A DNA stretch of 64,000 bases, from assembly GCA_002633005.1 (NCBI GenBank), contig NMRA01000232.1, forward strand, positions 151,181 to 215,180. The letters run 5' to 3'. Origin of the DNA: Phoronis australis. Taxonomy: Eukaryota > Animalia > Phoronida. The position numbers were made by a program, and so were the translations under genes. Numbering within the stretch: the stretch's first letter is position 1; each line of letters starts with the position of its first letter. Shown here in pieces: positions 13,701 through 28,185 of the stretch. The notes under the pieces were generated by a model. That model saw only the letters and a program-made list of their open reading frames with translations. It was not told where the DNA came from and searched no databases.

Positions 13701-15399
13701 GAGCCCAGTCGTTCATCACTTAACTCTGAAAGAGACTGGACGCATTAGCCAATGATCGGACCTGTCGACGTTTTTCAGTAAATTCTCCATGAGAAAATAG
13801 AATTAGTAGTTTATCACTGTATGAACACATATTTCATTATAGCACCTTTAGTACTCTAGTTTCCTTGTAATGCCACTGGCGATGTTTATAAATTCAAATA
13901 GAACTAGTCAGTATCAGGTACCACAATTTTTATTGAAATAAGTTTCTAAAAGTGTTTTTTCTTTCGTTTTTACTTTACATTTCACGCGGAGGTCACTCGG
14001 TATTTTTGGCTGGATGTACTTCTGGAGAAAAAGATGCACGCCCGGCTTTCAGAGTTAGCTTGATCAAAAGTGATTCCCTTTATTGTTTTTTTATGAATAA
14101 AAATGTTTCCGTAAAATAGGTGTTTCAACCTCTGCAATTTAACTCTTCAATTTTTATGTTTTCAAAATGAACTTAAGCAGACAATGAAACCCTTTTGCAT
14201 ATCAGGACAATGGTGAAAAAACAGTGTCCTGGACGTCCTAGCCCATGAAATGAGCCCTTTCATATGGGATTAAATGTGAAATTGTTCAGGGAAATTGGCC
14301 AAGAAAAAACACCCATCTGAGTGATACTGTATCCTTTAAAAGCTCTATGTCTAGGTACTCCCAGTTTGACTTAAACAAAAAAACTTGTAGCTCGTCTTTG
14401 CTGTACAAGTTAGTTTGTCATGGCGGGTCATTTCTTGCCCAGCGCAGGTTCTCAGTGATCAGTTTGCCAGTTCTTGGCAAACCCTGAAACCACATCTCAA
14501 CTAAGTAAGTAACATCTTCCTTAAGTCTAGATTTTTAATAAAGACAACAGTGGGTATTCAACAATCAGGTAATTTTACTAACAAAAACTGCGCATGTATT
14601 GTTTCCGTCAGCTCATGCCAGTTTCGGCTTTCTTGTGGTAATAGGTACTCAACGTGAATGGAAGACGAAAATACTTACCCGTCTTAACAGTAGGAGCGGC
14701 TGCCCCAAAAAACGTCAGCAAAATTCTTTGTACCGATACTTGTCTTGATTTATCTGGGTTAAGTACTATTTGTATCACCAGTTGCCATTGGTGACCAATT
14801 CCAAATTGCCCCCCTGGATAGTTATCTAACGCTACATAACAATATGTGCGCCGCCAGTCACATCGTGTCCAAACCGCTTACTGGGATGTCCTGGTGAATT
14901 GCCTACAGTGGTCTGGTCGCTGTGAACGTGATCGTATGACACACGACTGGATTTCAATTACTTCGCTTCACCAGGAGATGAAACAGTGTTTGCTTTCTCT
15001 CTATAACTGCTTACAGGAACTTAAATTTTGTTTTAACGCAAGCGGCGTAATCTTTTGTTAAAATACAATTGCCGTAGTGTTTGCGCGTTTACACAGAGCG
15101 GAATTGTACACAAAACTCGCGAGTGCTAAGTACCGATGTTTGCCCAACCGTGTCTACAATCGTTCGCATTTTTGTGATGCTTACAAAAGAATCACTTACG
15201 ACCTTTGTGACACGACCTGTGTTCTGTGTTTGTTCCCTAAAACTAATTATATATGTAGAATGTCATACGTCAGTTGAAATGCAAACATGTTATATTGTTC
15301 TTTGGGCACCTTGTTCATTTATTTTCCATTCCGCCATAGAGGAGCCATCCTTTTAAAAAATTGGTGCAAGAAGCGGGCACAAAGGCAATATTCATGGAA

Positions 15400-15568
15400 A
15401 AAATCATGCAAAACCACACCAGCTCTATCACTTGCGCTGGAGTGCATACGAATTTTAATTTACACGTTTATACTATTGAGGTCTTCTAAAATTCCAAAAT
15501 TTCTAGAAATCAGTTTGAAATCGTGTTTTGGCGATCCATATACCCATGCGGGGTTTCATCTCAGTTGA
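15400..15568 (+). repeat. Dispersed repeat, copy at 25998-26205
   Basis: Shared aaatcatgcaaaac...tttacac...ctattga.gtcttct.aaattc.aaaatttctagaa.tcag...tcatctcagttga. Confidence 0.7.
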
Positions 15569-18500
15569 ATTTCAGGCATTTACATTAAACCAATATAAAA
15601 CGCGGGATGAGTTACGTCAGTCAAAAGATATCGCCAACATATAGACAAGTCATAACTTTTAACCCTGTTTGTATTTGCATTATTTTACCATTAATTTTTC
15701 AACATTTGTTTTGAATTGTGCAGGGTTTCTGTTGAAGCCTCATTACATTGTGCGGCTTTTGAGTGACTACACATAACGCATGAGCCAGCCGTCACTCACT
15801 ACGGCGCCCGTATTATATCATGGTGCACCACCAAAATGAAAATTAAAATAAAAATTCAAATCAAATTCATTTTAAGTTTGAAAAGATTTTGAGTTGTGTA
15901 GAACGAACATTATTTGAGCTTAAGTTTCGACTGAACGAACCGTTTCATGGAGTTTTTAACTAAAATGACGCGGAAAGGGAATCCTTAATAACATTACATT
16001 CATCTCAGCAGAAATCAATTGCCCTGTCCAGATGAGCTGAACAAAGCTTAGCAATAGCTTTTTAACTATGTGAGCGTGTAATGTACCATGGGTAATAAAG
16101 TGCGCAAAACTTGTCTTGAAAGTTACCAGCTTCGGCCACGGAATGGCCGCCAGGAGATTGGATCGTTCCTGTCGCCATCTTCCCGTGTATGATGGCAGTC
16201 GTTGTAAGCCAATGGAGCAAAACGATAATGACCTTTGCAGCACATTTTGTAAATGTCTATGTTCTTTTAAGGACTAATTGGCAGTTGAAACTTAATGCTC
16301 TTACTTCGGTCCGCTACTGTTTCGGACATTACAGCGTTTAATGTGACGGGTATGGATGAAATCTAAAGTTGATGAAACAGTCAATTTCAGTACTTTTCAC
16401 TATATTCGCGATTCCTACATTAAAATGTGGCCATTACTTTACGTCGGTTTGTATTTCAATTCCAACTCATTGTGAGGTGGCACTGAACGGTTAGGCTGTA
16501 CCCGCGGCCAATTCGCAGTTCCACAAAATTGAATTTTAGGCCGGGGTAGGCCAATCTTGGGGGAAGTTTTGAGGTAGATGTTGCATGTAAGCTCAGTGAA
16601 TCTGGTTTGCTAGCATCTGTAAACATATTGGGAATGACAGAAAAGTCCACTTGCTCGGCTGTATCTGCACCAACTTTAAGTAGGTCAACAGTTCATTGTT
16701 ATCAAAACCACCCGCCGGGAGACTGATATGAAACTATGTACGAAACGGACAACAGAAATCGAGTCGGTGGTTAAAACACGTCGTGAGCATAAGATCAAAA
16801 CATCGATGTCATATTATCTATCAACTTAATGAATTTGGATGAGGATTTGTCTCTTTTCACAACTTGCTGTGTTCGTGAGGCGTGCGGTGCCCGGACTCGA
16901 TGTATTCAGTCATCGGTCGTATGCATGCATACGCACAACTCCCTCAGGATCAAAACTATGTTTTGTCTTCGTGCTATCCGGCCTCTTCTATCCTATGTAC
17001 ACATTGTTGACTCAATATTATGGCAACTCGATGAATGAAAGGACTGAGGGTACATGCCAAGAGCTTCTCTGGCTATGCCTGGTGTGAAATTCGATTTGAG
17101 TGACAGCACTGTAACCTTTGACCTCGGATAAGTAGGAAACATATTTCTACACGATTGTGCGGTTCCTGGGTGGTTCTGCAAAATCTTTTTTTTTTTTTTG
17201 ATACGCGTAAATATTTCGTTTTTCAATTTCCACGAGAATGAAGATAAGCAATTTTGCCAGACATATGTGAAATATTGTGAAAAACAGTCATTCTTAATCA
17301 GGTTTGAGATATCCTCAACCTACACGTCCTGCTGTGGCAGAAACACACAAAACAACACACGAAACCGTTACGTCGAATTGTAACAGAAATGACCAATGGC
17401 CTAATGGTGAAGCTTCAGCGCATCGAACCTCGAGAACCCTATGGTTCGAACCCCGTAAAACACTAATTTTCAACACATACCAATTATTCATAAAATAATG
17501 GCGCTTTCACATGNCCCCCCCCCCCCCCCGTAGCGTTCACGTCATCTGTGTGTCACTGACTTTCACGAAAGTGAAGCCCAAAGAGTGCATGTATCTCATC
17601 TGTTAGCAATGAAACCACGTCATTATTTTTGGGCAGAGTTGTCACAGACAACGTTTAGGAATAAAATCTGAATAAGATATTAAGATAACGGGCGATGCTT
17701 TGAGGATCTTTGTGCACAGAGGAACTGACAGTGAAGTGAGAAAACAACAACTTTGTAATCCATATGCTTAAAACAGATATAGTACGGAGCTTTTAGTTTG
17801 CGAGTTTTGCTAGCTGTATTCCTATTTTAATTAGCAAAATTGCGTATTAGTTATTTGTAGAAAAATTAAAGTATTTTCAGTACTGGACTTCCTGACAGTG
17901 TCCTTATTGAAAATTAATCTACAACCTCTGATCGCGGTCGACGACATACATTTTGTCGGAGAAGCCGGCTGGCAACTTTTAGGACAGCCATGTGACCAGT
18001 TTATATTTTCTAGGTTATACATATGTAAAATGGAACGTCCATAACAAAATTCAAGAGCAAGATTTTTCCTCGGTCTAACCATCCTTGGTGGCGCAACATT
18101 ACGCTCTCTGTGAGCGGCCCTCCAATATTGCTGCCATTGTTGTTTTTAGGTGTTCATCAAGAGTAATAGTAATAAAAACATTGATTTTGTCGCTCTGTTG
18201 CATGTTTTAGGACCGGCTATTTACTAAGCGAATTTGATATTTGAAAGTCTACACCGCGTGCATTTGAGGCTTTGCACTGAAAAGCACCACTCCGCAAAAT
18301 ACGCCAATATTGTGTTAACGAATGGATACCTGATTTTCTGGTCACACCGAGTTGACACGTCAGTTTACTAGTAAACAGTCAATCCAAGCAGATCGATCGT
18401 CCCCTCCCTCCTGATTTTAAGAAATAGGAAGTGCGAATAATAATAATAATACTTGATTTTATAATAAGTTCCACAAGTCATAGTTTATGAGATTTCCCTG

Positions 18501-18770
18501 GATTAGTAACGGTGCCCATCCTAGTTTACGTATATGTAACCTGCACGGATTACGCGTAATCCATACACATACCCCTATTCACTATATGAGGACGCAGTGT
18601 GGCAACGCAAGGTTGTGTTTTCGAGTCACACGGGGCAAACTTATGGTCGCCTGAGTCAAGTCCCTAGATACTTAGCCCTGTATCAACTAATAAAGCATAA
18701 AGATGGTCCAAGGTGATCATTCCGAAGGGCCTTCCTGAGCGGCATGCCTAGGTCTGGTACAACAATATTT

Positions 18771-19205
18771 TAAACTAGTTGTTGAAATGTTGGGAGGATA
18801 TCTTACTTCAGTATTTAGCTGTCCCTTATTCTTTAGATAATGGAATCACAGAATTGATAATTCTGCATTGCCCATAAATGTAACATTTCGTTGCGCAAAA
18901 GAGATGAATTTTCGTTGTTTCAGTTCAACGTGACCTTTGACCTCTTATTTGACCTTAACTTTGACCTTGCATCCATAAAATAATATCAGAAATGGACTCT
19001 CTGTCCCATAAAACATTAGAAACCATAAATTTCAGGATCCTACTCGGTATCATGTTCAGCCGCCATCTTGAATTATAAAAAATGCTCAAAGTTGCACAAA
19101 GTGCTACCAAGTTAATTTTGTTCTCCTAGCAACGTATAATAAATTTCCAAAAGGAAACTTTACAGTAAACAACATTGCAGGGTCAACTTTTTGGCAACTA
19201 GACTA
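18771..19205. mobile_element. Probable old MITE with degenerate terminal inverted repeats
   Basis: Left end taaactagttgttgaaatgttg versus reverse complement of right end tagtctagttgccaaaaagttg. Interior has tgacctttgacct runs and gccgccatcttg. Confidence 0.45.
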
Positions 19206-21040
19206 TAATTCATGAAAAATGTGGAGAATGGCTAAATATAACGCTTGATGGCAGCATTACCAAATGAGGGAGAAAAAGTTCGCAATTTCGTGGCACAAAA
19301 TGCCGCGCAAATGTTCTTTGACGGTCACGCTACATTTACACGACGTGGCTACATTATATATTTTAGCAACTGGTCGCAAGTTTCAAGTTCGGTTCGATTC
19401 CCTGATGTAACTCCAATTTAAATGTATTCGAATTAAAAAGTGATTTCAAAAATAATTCCAAAGTGTTCCGGTGAAGGGAGGAAATTAAAAAAAACATGTG
19501 ATGCAACCGCCCCAGGTTGTGAGAAGGAAAGAGAACTCGTTACTTTCATTGAACAACTCCTGTCCTGTTATTCACTAAGTGGAAGTAATAGGTTCTCAAA
19601 TCAAAGAACTTCGTATCCCCCTGTTATCACTCACTGGATACACATTTTACAACTACAAGTCCCTACATCGGTTTTGGCCCGCCAACGCCTACTAGGCAGT
19701 AAGCTCTTAGCTGCAGGAGATTCAAAAAAGGTTTCGTGAGTGCTTTCACCTTGTGCAAATTTTATGTTAATGCTTTCCACCTCAGTATGCACACTTTCGT
19801 TTAATTTGTGAATAAATTTCGTTAAAAATGACTAGATGTTAAAATTTGGAGTTTGTTTACAATGCATCAGTTATGACAAAGATATTGCCTCGGGCATCTA
19901 CAGACATGTGTTATAAGATGTTGGTCGCATTAAACGAGTTAAGCGAACAAAATAGCAGCAAAAATAATACTTTTAAAAGGTACGTCGCCACCTTGGATAG
20001 AATATAAGACTAGATTAAATTATTAGTAGCAGCTGGGCACAATGCAGGGTCACAGAAATATGCCAGTTGAACACAATAAGTCGATTTCGTTAAACTCTGG
20101 TTCACTCGCGTGGCAAACGTTTCTTTCCCTAGCCCCCTATGGCCGTTCTTTACACTGAAGTCATCTATAGTCGACAATAACACTACTTTTGAAATAATTT
20201 GGATGAGACTCGGTTCCCGTGAATAAGTAATGCGGAGCTCAAACTTGTGTTACTTTGTGTTCAATGGTGCATGCAAAAGGCCAAAATTTGAATATCGATG
20301 AACACTTGCTACATTCTTGGAATTGTATTTTTACGAGATTGCAGGTCCCTCTTGGGGTCAAGATATGTCCTCTAGTACATTAAGTCAAAATGGCCCTAGT
20401 TAGTAGCATGCAGCGGGGGGGGGGGGCGTCGGCCCTGGGCATTTACACCGGCCTTAATTTCAACTAATGTACAGCATAAAATGGCGAGAATGGCCGATTT
20501 GTAGTAACTTCAAAAATTTAAACAACGAATTTTGTTGTTATATAGCTCTGGGCAACATCAAGTTCAAGAACTCTCGTCCAACAAATTCACCCCTTGTATT
20601 TTTGGCCGTAAAACCAATAATGTCCCTTCAAAGCAGCCTTAAAGCCGCCTCCCATAAAATACTGTCGGCCCAAATCAGGGAGTCCGGATGGCTTTGCTAT
20701 AAAATCAAAGAAATGGTTCGGATCCAAGGATACCTCACATATCTAGTTCTGGGAGTACTCCCAAAGCTAGATCGAAGAGCGGTACTCCCAGATACGGCTC
20801 GGAAAGGTATTCCCACGACCAGCTCCGGGTTACCATCATTTAAAATATTACGAAATTATTAATTACTAGACTTATATAAGTGAGAAAACAAGTACCCTGC
20901 GAGTAAAAGCTATTAGCTGCTTCTTTGCAATATTTTAAACAGTTGACATACAAACCCAGTCATGATGCTGGGGATACTCATCTTCCTGTTTTTTTTTTTG
21001 TTTTTCAGTTATTTATGTGTACTGGTGAATCCATATCACT

Positions 21041-21076
21041 ATAATAATAATAACAATAACAATAACAATAATAATA
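21041..21076. repeat. (AAT/AAC)n microsatellite
   Basis: ataataataataacaataacaataacaataataata. Confidence 0.9.
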
Positions 21077-24000
21077 TATATCACTGCCAATCCGGTTCAG
21101 TTGTAAGAACAAACAGATTTTACGACAAAGATTTTTTCGGCAGGAGGGTAATTCTGGTTGCATGAATTTATTACAACGACTTGGTTATTACCTAAAGGTG
21201 AACGCTTTGACCCTCGTCCACGATTTTTTTCCTTAACTAAGTATACACTATTTTCAATATTTTGCAGTTGTTCATTTCGTCAAGCACAGGTCGTAAATGA
21301 TTTGGCCGGTAATGCTAATATTTGAGTCCTTGAGAGGCTATGTTTGCTCTAAGGGCAAAAATTAAGCATTGCATTCAATAACAAGATTTTAGTTCATTGA
21401 ATCAAATATCCTTACATGTAGATCGGGGTCATGTGTGACCCTAAGCGATAACGGTGGACTGACCTACGACATTTGATTGAGATTTCCATTATATTCACAT
21501 ATCGGGTATCCAAGAAAAGAAACCCAATTCAAACAGGTACAATACAACCATCGGTCACTCCGGCCGGCATCGGATGACTAGCAAATCACATTCACTGAGC
21601 CTACATGCTGTGCCTACTGACAAAATGCCCCCAAACTTGGCCTACCCCAAAATTTTAATATTTTGGGAGTGCAAATTGGCGGTGGCCGCAGCCTAACTGT
21701 TCAGTGCTACCTAATTAATGTTCACGTGACGGGAAGCATCACAATTTCGATCGCTCAAATTTGGGAGTATCATCTCTAAGGAATATCTTATCGAATTTCT
21801 ATGAAATTTCCTGATACTACTACTCAATGCAAAGTTCTCCAAAACAACATTAGAATTTGTTTTTAAAGTGTACCAGTTACAATTATTTCTGATGAAACAA
21901 TTCATTTTGAACTGCTTTTTCGTCTTCATTTAACTGAGCCGTACTTCTTATCATTTGCCTTTGAACTCTATGGTTTGCCAGAACTGCAGATCAGTCTTGG
22001 CTCTTTCCGAATTCCTAACTATTCCCTCCGACTCCAGTATTAAAGAGTTCCCACCACGCATATTGTTAGTTTTTGAGGTTTCAGTTGCTAATATGAAATG
22101 AACACCATACCATCTAACTAGATAAGCAATTTACATGCCTAATATTCGCGAATTTTTTTAATTTTGAGAAACATTAGTTATTTCCAAGTTTCCCGCCAAC
22201 TGATGTAGTAGGTAGAAGACGTTTGGTCACTTGACAATCAATGTCAATAGTTCCCTAAAATTTAGTGTGGGAACTAATCAAAATGGAAATCAGGAATACT
22301 TCAATCTCTTTTGCAAAAGAGTGTGGCCAAAGTGGAACCTGAATTCGCGGTCCCCGACGAGTAAGTAGATTTGCAGTTTCGTGGCTAATTCACCAACATA
22401 ATCACGTGCACATTATTTGGCTCACTAGTATAATTTTTTCTTGATTGGAAGTTTAGTTTCCACTGAACTTTGGCTGGTTTATGTTCGTGATGTCTGATCA
22501 GTTTCCGAGCTACTGGCCGGGGTAACGGCGGAGTCAACTCCGGCCGGCCGCGACGGATCTGATCGGGCTCCGACCCACTGGCCAGGATAACAGGCGTTTT
22601 GTGTTTAGAACTCAAAAAATAGAACAAGTCTAAACAACACAGATTTAGGTTCTCCTGTCTGTATCTCACGGAAATTATCTCCGAACAGAACCCAAACTCC
22701 TGCTACGGACCTTATTGGCCTGCCGAACTTTGTAGGCTACGGTGTGTCCAAATACAGATAAATCCGTAAGAGCGAAATAAAACAATACGTTTTTAAAAGA
22801 ACTCGGTGTATTTTCAAGGGTTTTATATCGAAGTTTCAAGTTGATCATTTATTGGTGTTAAACGATGAGTTCAAGCGATAAGCTGACACCAGTAACCCCA
22901 GCCGTATCTACTAATGATACGCTGTCTGGGTAAATAAACGTATTGAAAAAATAAAAAATAATAAATGCAATGGTGGAACACAGCAAATAAGAAGACGAGG
23001 ACGATTTTAGCGAGAATAATTATTTTGCAGACAGAGAGGAGAGTAGATAGGGGCATCACACTCAAGTACTTAAAGAATCAGACAATGATTTCGATTTCCC
23101 ATTAATTAGCAAAGTTTCGTCAGCTTTGAGGCCGAATGAACTCGACCCACTCGCACGAGAAATGCTGCAGACACAACAAACTGAACCAAGTGATGGTTAA
23201 TATTCACAAAACACGACAAAGCGGACCACAGTAAACCTGGGTCACTCGTATTCACTATTGCCATGATGGAATGAGCACGGTCTAAACACAATGTCGTAGC
23301 TCTCGCCTGGACCGGGATGGAGGGCCTGACATCACTCGCCTTAGAATGGAAGCAGTTTGTTCGGTATTTATGGAATTTGCAAATACACTTTCAAGGTGGC
23401 GAATTCTTCATCGTAACGTCGCTTTTGTGTTTGGTCGAAACACGATTCCTTGAAATGTGGCGAAGGAAGTGTGGCTCCTGACTGAATCGTTTGTTACTCA
23501 ATGACATTCCTCTCATGCGGCGCACAAACCGATGTCATTTCTGTGCAACGTTCACGTATTTAGAAAATTTGAACACAGAGACGTTCTCAGTCAAGATGTT
23601 GTTACTGCTGTTACTACAACTTCCACAAACGCACCTTTTCATATTTGAAAAATGCGGTTTTCCGCGCACTTTTCTCACAATTCCTAAGTATCGCACTGGT
23701 AAAAACAACAACGGCAGAGACGGTCTTCCACCAATTACGTACAACACCGATAACAGAAAAATATTTTAAAATTTTTTGGCTTGTTTCTTAGCAACAAGTA
23801 TACTAAAGGCTATTAAATCTCTTAAAATGTGTTAATAAAATTCTGTTTGAGGCGTAGTGTCATGGCGGGGACTCTAAGCTATTAACAAATTCAATCAATT
23901 TTTACCATCATTTTTGGATATCGTGATATATTCTGCCAGGAGTAGATTGACACTGGTCTTAGTTTAATAAGTTTATTTTAATGTTCTGTTTGTTTACTAG

Positions 24001-25708
24001 CAGGCAGCACTTGATTGACAAAATCTACTACTGAGCTTTTTAAATGCTCCGTAGTACATTGGGCAAAAATCAATTAGAGTTTTCGACCCCGAGACTAGCC
24101 ACGAGACTTTGAATTGTGAATTTCAGGTTGTCTGCTCGACTGAGTTCTGATCAAATATTGTAGTTATCAAATCAATCTCAGTTTCATTGCTTCATTTTCA
24201 TTATGTCGATTTTGTTCGCAAAGCATGACTGTAGAAGTACGGGTCCATACAACCAGCGATTTCCCCGCAAAATTAGTCGACAAACCCAAAAATTACATTG
24301 GCCATTCTTTATACACACCCACATTTGGACCTGGCTTGATGTCAAGAGTAGTCGACATTCAACAATCTATCAAACTACATGCTAAGAGTTTTTCAACAAG
24401 ACATTTTTGGTTGTTAAGGTCATGTTACTTTATTTTACGGAAAACACATCTTTGGTTCCACAGTGTTTGTTCTGCAATTATAAACGGAAATTTTAGGCCT
24501 AAGATCAGGTGCGTTTATGTAACTTTCGAAAAATACTTGCGTAGCTAAGGTATGTGTTATTGAGTTACGCAATTATATCGCCTGTGTGTGCATGAATAAT
24601 TGCTGTTTTCAATTGCTTCTATAATAAATCCTTGGTGCAAATGTTTCCAGGTACTTTTTTAAATTCGATTTCTGTGCAACGAATATTATTTGTAGTATTT
24701 ACCCGGCTACACCCGTAAAATAAAATTTGAAAAATGAAAAGTTTAACTTGTAAAAGAATCCAATCCAATACTTTGTGTTGCTGGCAGCGTACACTGTACT
24801 TGCAAAATCTTCTGATCATTGCGGATTGTCCCATTATTTGAATTTCTTCTCACCATCCTACCACACCATCGAAATATCCCGCTCTTTGACACACAGCAAT
24901 AATGACATATTATAAATATTCTACTGCTATTTCCGTCCGGACATAGCCCTATTTTCCCGTTCCACTAGAAAGAAAAAATAGGACGTTTCATGGGTTTTGA
25001 GGGCACCCGTAATTTCACATTCGACATAAAAAAACGAAAGAATTCCGTCGGGTGCTTTTGGGTGTTACGTCTTCCGTTCAACAAAAACGCTGTTGGGACG
25101 TTTTTTGTGTGTTGTGGCGAACAGTTCACCCTTGTCTTTTGGTCCAGAGACCCGCTTTTCAATTCAGTTGTCCCGCTTTTGGTTTAAATTTGGAACGTTC
25201 TTAAGAATATAAATCGGTAAATAAAACAACAAGAATGGATCAACTGAAATTTGAAATTTTCGGATGTAACAACTTCCTTTATCAACAAAAACAGAAATAA
25301 AGTAAAATCAAACACAAAATGACAATTGACATATAAGATATGGTGTAATGAAAATGATACATTTTTGCGTAAAAAATTCAATGACATATTTTAAGAAGTT
25401 TTTATGTTCTTAAGGTATTTTACGAGCTTAATTTACGGCGACATTTCCCCCATTTAATTTACTAGCGTAATTTTACGGCGACACTTTCCCCTCAACGGCC
25501 CAACATACCCCCAAACCATTGACGCGCCGACGTTAGTATGAAAGGCCCTTTAGAAAGGCGTGACTTCCTTGTAAGCGTATTATTCACGGTATGCTACATT
25601 ATTTAAAATGCCAACACGTGAAATTTGTTCATTTATTTTCCAACGAGCAAAACTTTACAGAGGCAACATGTGTATAATTTCCTTGCTCGGTAATTGAGTT
25701 TGTGTAGT

Positions 25709-25951
25709 CTGCTGACTCGCCCGCCATAACAATAATTTTATAACCCAGCTGGGGCACAACATCTTATTCTGCTGACTGGCCCGCCATAACTGCAATAATT
25801 ATATAACCCAGCCGGGGCACAACATCTTATTCTGCTGACTGGCCCGCCATAACAATAATTATATAACCCAGCCGGGGCACAACATCTTATTCTGCTGACT
25901 GGCCCGCCATAACAATAATTATATAACGCAGCTGGGGCACAACATCTTATT
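25709..25951. repeat. 60-bp minisatellite, 4 copies
   Basis: Unit ctgctgactggcccgccataacaataattatataacccagccggggcacaacatcttatt; one copy has a 3-bp insertion. Confidence 0.95.
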
Positions 25952-27439
25952 GTGAAGCCAGGGCTCATTTTCGAGACTATTTTTAATTCACGGAGACAAA
26001 TCATGCAAAACTATACCTCACAACTGTGATTTTTTATTTTGGACGCTTTTAGCTCGCTTGTATGGAAAAGTTGGACCGGAGCGTGTATGAATCTTATTTA
26101 CACCTTTTTGCTATTGAAGTCTTCTTAAATTCAAAATTTCTAGAAGTCAGACTGAAGTCGGGTTCTGACGTTTCAAAAAGTCATGCACCTTCTCATCTCA
26201 GTTGAGAGCTGAAGGTAGCAGCAGTAGTCCTTTTAATATACTCAATATAACTGTTTGGTAAATTTTAGGTGTTTTATCGAAATAATGTCTCACTCAAGTA
26301 AAGGATAATGAGGAACATACGCGATGACGTTGTTTTTACTAACTAACTAAAAAGAACAATAGTCGATATCTTGTTCGGATGGTAAACTCCTCATCGTTAG
26401 GACCAATGTCAAAAAGCGGAGGAATAATGTCAAATGCATTTCACACTTGCTTTATGCCAAAATGCAAGATTCACTCAGTTATGGTCCAATATTGCAGTGT
26501 AACACTTTTTGTATTTATCAACCAGCACAAGCACGGATATGACTGAAATAGCTAGTGGAGCCTGTCTCATGCGAATCAAATTTTAATCTCCATTCGGCGA
26601 CATGTAATGAGGCCACTGTTAAGTAAAACACTGTGAGCTATCATAACAAAAACAGCGACTTTTCTAAGCCAGAAATGAAGATCAACTATTCAAGTGGCAA
26701 CAATGCTATCACTAGACTCAAATACCTTAAATGGCCCTGTTCTACCCTATTTCCATTTCAGAGCAGACAATGAAAATTGCTCACTATTTGATCAGTCAGC
26801 GAGAATTGCGAAAAATTGTGTATTACATTCTAACCATTTTTAAAAGGGATGGCATGTTGAAAGGGAATCTTTTGAGAATACAGCGGTTTGTGCTAGATGT
26901 CGTCTGCACTGATTTTCGCAAAACTGAAGCCCGTAGCAATTGTAAGCAATGTAGCCAAGACATTGTTTTTGTCCGAGTTGTTACAAAATTTTTCATGTAA
27001 CATCTTTATACTATTGAAATATTGGGACATTACAACTGTGCCGGTGAAAATGTTTTCTTTGTAAACAAATGTCAATTTTTACGCAGTGTTTTTTTATTAC
27101 TGCTTGAATGTACTTGAGGAACGTATGAAAACAGCAACAGTAGTAATATTGGAGGGTGCTGCATAACGTTGTGCTGCGCCTCGGGCATGATTACATTGAG
27201 GATAAATTAAATCTTGCGCTTTAATGAATTGTTTATTAGGAACTAGCCGACTCGGACCTAAACAATATAAAACTTGGTTGAACCAGTGCACTTGTCTTTG
27301 TTGGGGGTTTCCAAACTTCATAAGGTTGACATATATACAATGGTCATTTCTTCCTGATACAATGTACCACCTGAATATATAATTGAGGTATTTAAACATA
27401 CATTTTGCTAAGGTAAAAGAATGTTCTTGTCCATAACAT

Positions 27440-28185
27440 CAGTGGCAGATCTACGTTTTCAGTAAGGGGGGGGGGGGGNTCCGAGGCGCGTCGCGCCGTG
27501 GGGAAGGAAGGTCGGGAGAGGGTTTCCCTCCTCCAGTGTAAGATTCATGACAGCGTTTTCCAGTTCAGTGACGAAGGGGGTTCTGAGCGTGTGATAACAT
27601 CTAGCTTCTTTGTTAACTGCCAAGCACAGTCTTTTTATATGTTATGACAACAAGTAGGCCAGTTATATACCAGGCTAATTACAGACCACGTGTGAATACT
27701 GTCAAATCCAGAGTGAATTGGTACATTGGGAAAGAATAGATTATCGTAACTTCGGTTGCAGTTGGACGATTTTGGCGATTCAAAAACTAAACATGATCAC
27801 CATTTGACGAGGATTTCAGAAATGCTTTTGGTTTACGTTCACATATGTTGTAACCTAACTTTTACTTTTAACAGCACAGCTCAGTCAGGCTATAGATACG
27901 ATCTTATTGAAGATTAGAACAATTATCGAACACGAGAGAGCTGGCCCTCCAACCATGGATGCCAGAATGGAGTTAATCAGTCGTGTAAGATATTGGCTAC
28001 AGGGGTCATCTTCCCAACTTGTTGTTGGGCACCAGAATCGAAGAGCAACGGGAAAACGCCGTAATGTTTTTGTGGTTTTAGTAGATGATTTCGTTTTTCT
28101 GGCGAAGTTTTTTCAATTTTATTTTTGATCTTGTCCCGAGGAGGGGGGATCGAATCCCCTGAACGCGCCTGTAGATCCGCCTCTG
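27440..28185. mobile_element. Non-autonomous hAT-like element with cagtggc.gatcta-type termini
   Basis: Starts cagtggcagatctac and ends gtagatccgcctctg, with G-rich subterminal regions. Related ends lie at ~1319, ~7233-7246 and 29141-29210. No clean 8-bp TSD was seen. Confidence 0.55.

Noticed and set aside
15000-25000. Numerous 60-130-aa ORFs in the left half
   Set aside because: No recognisable motifs or consistent splice chains; expected by chance with alternative start codons.
25709-25951. CRISPR-like appearance of the 60-bp repeat (also the 34-bp and 20-bp arrays)
   Set aside because: Units are head-to-tail with no unique spacers, no cas genes are present, and the context is eukaryotic.
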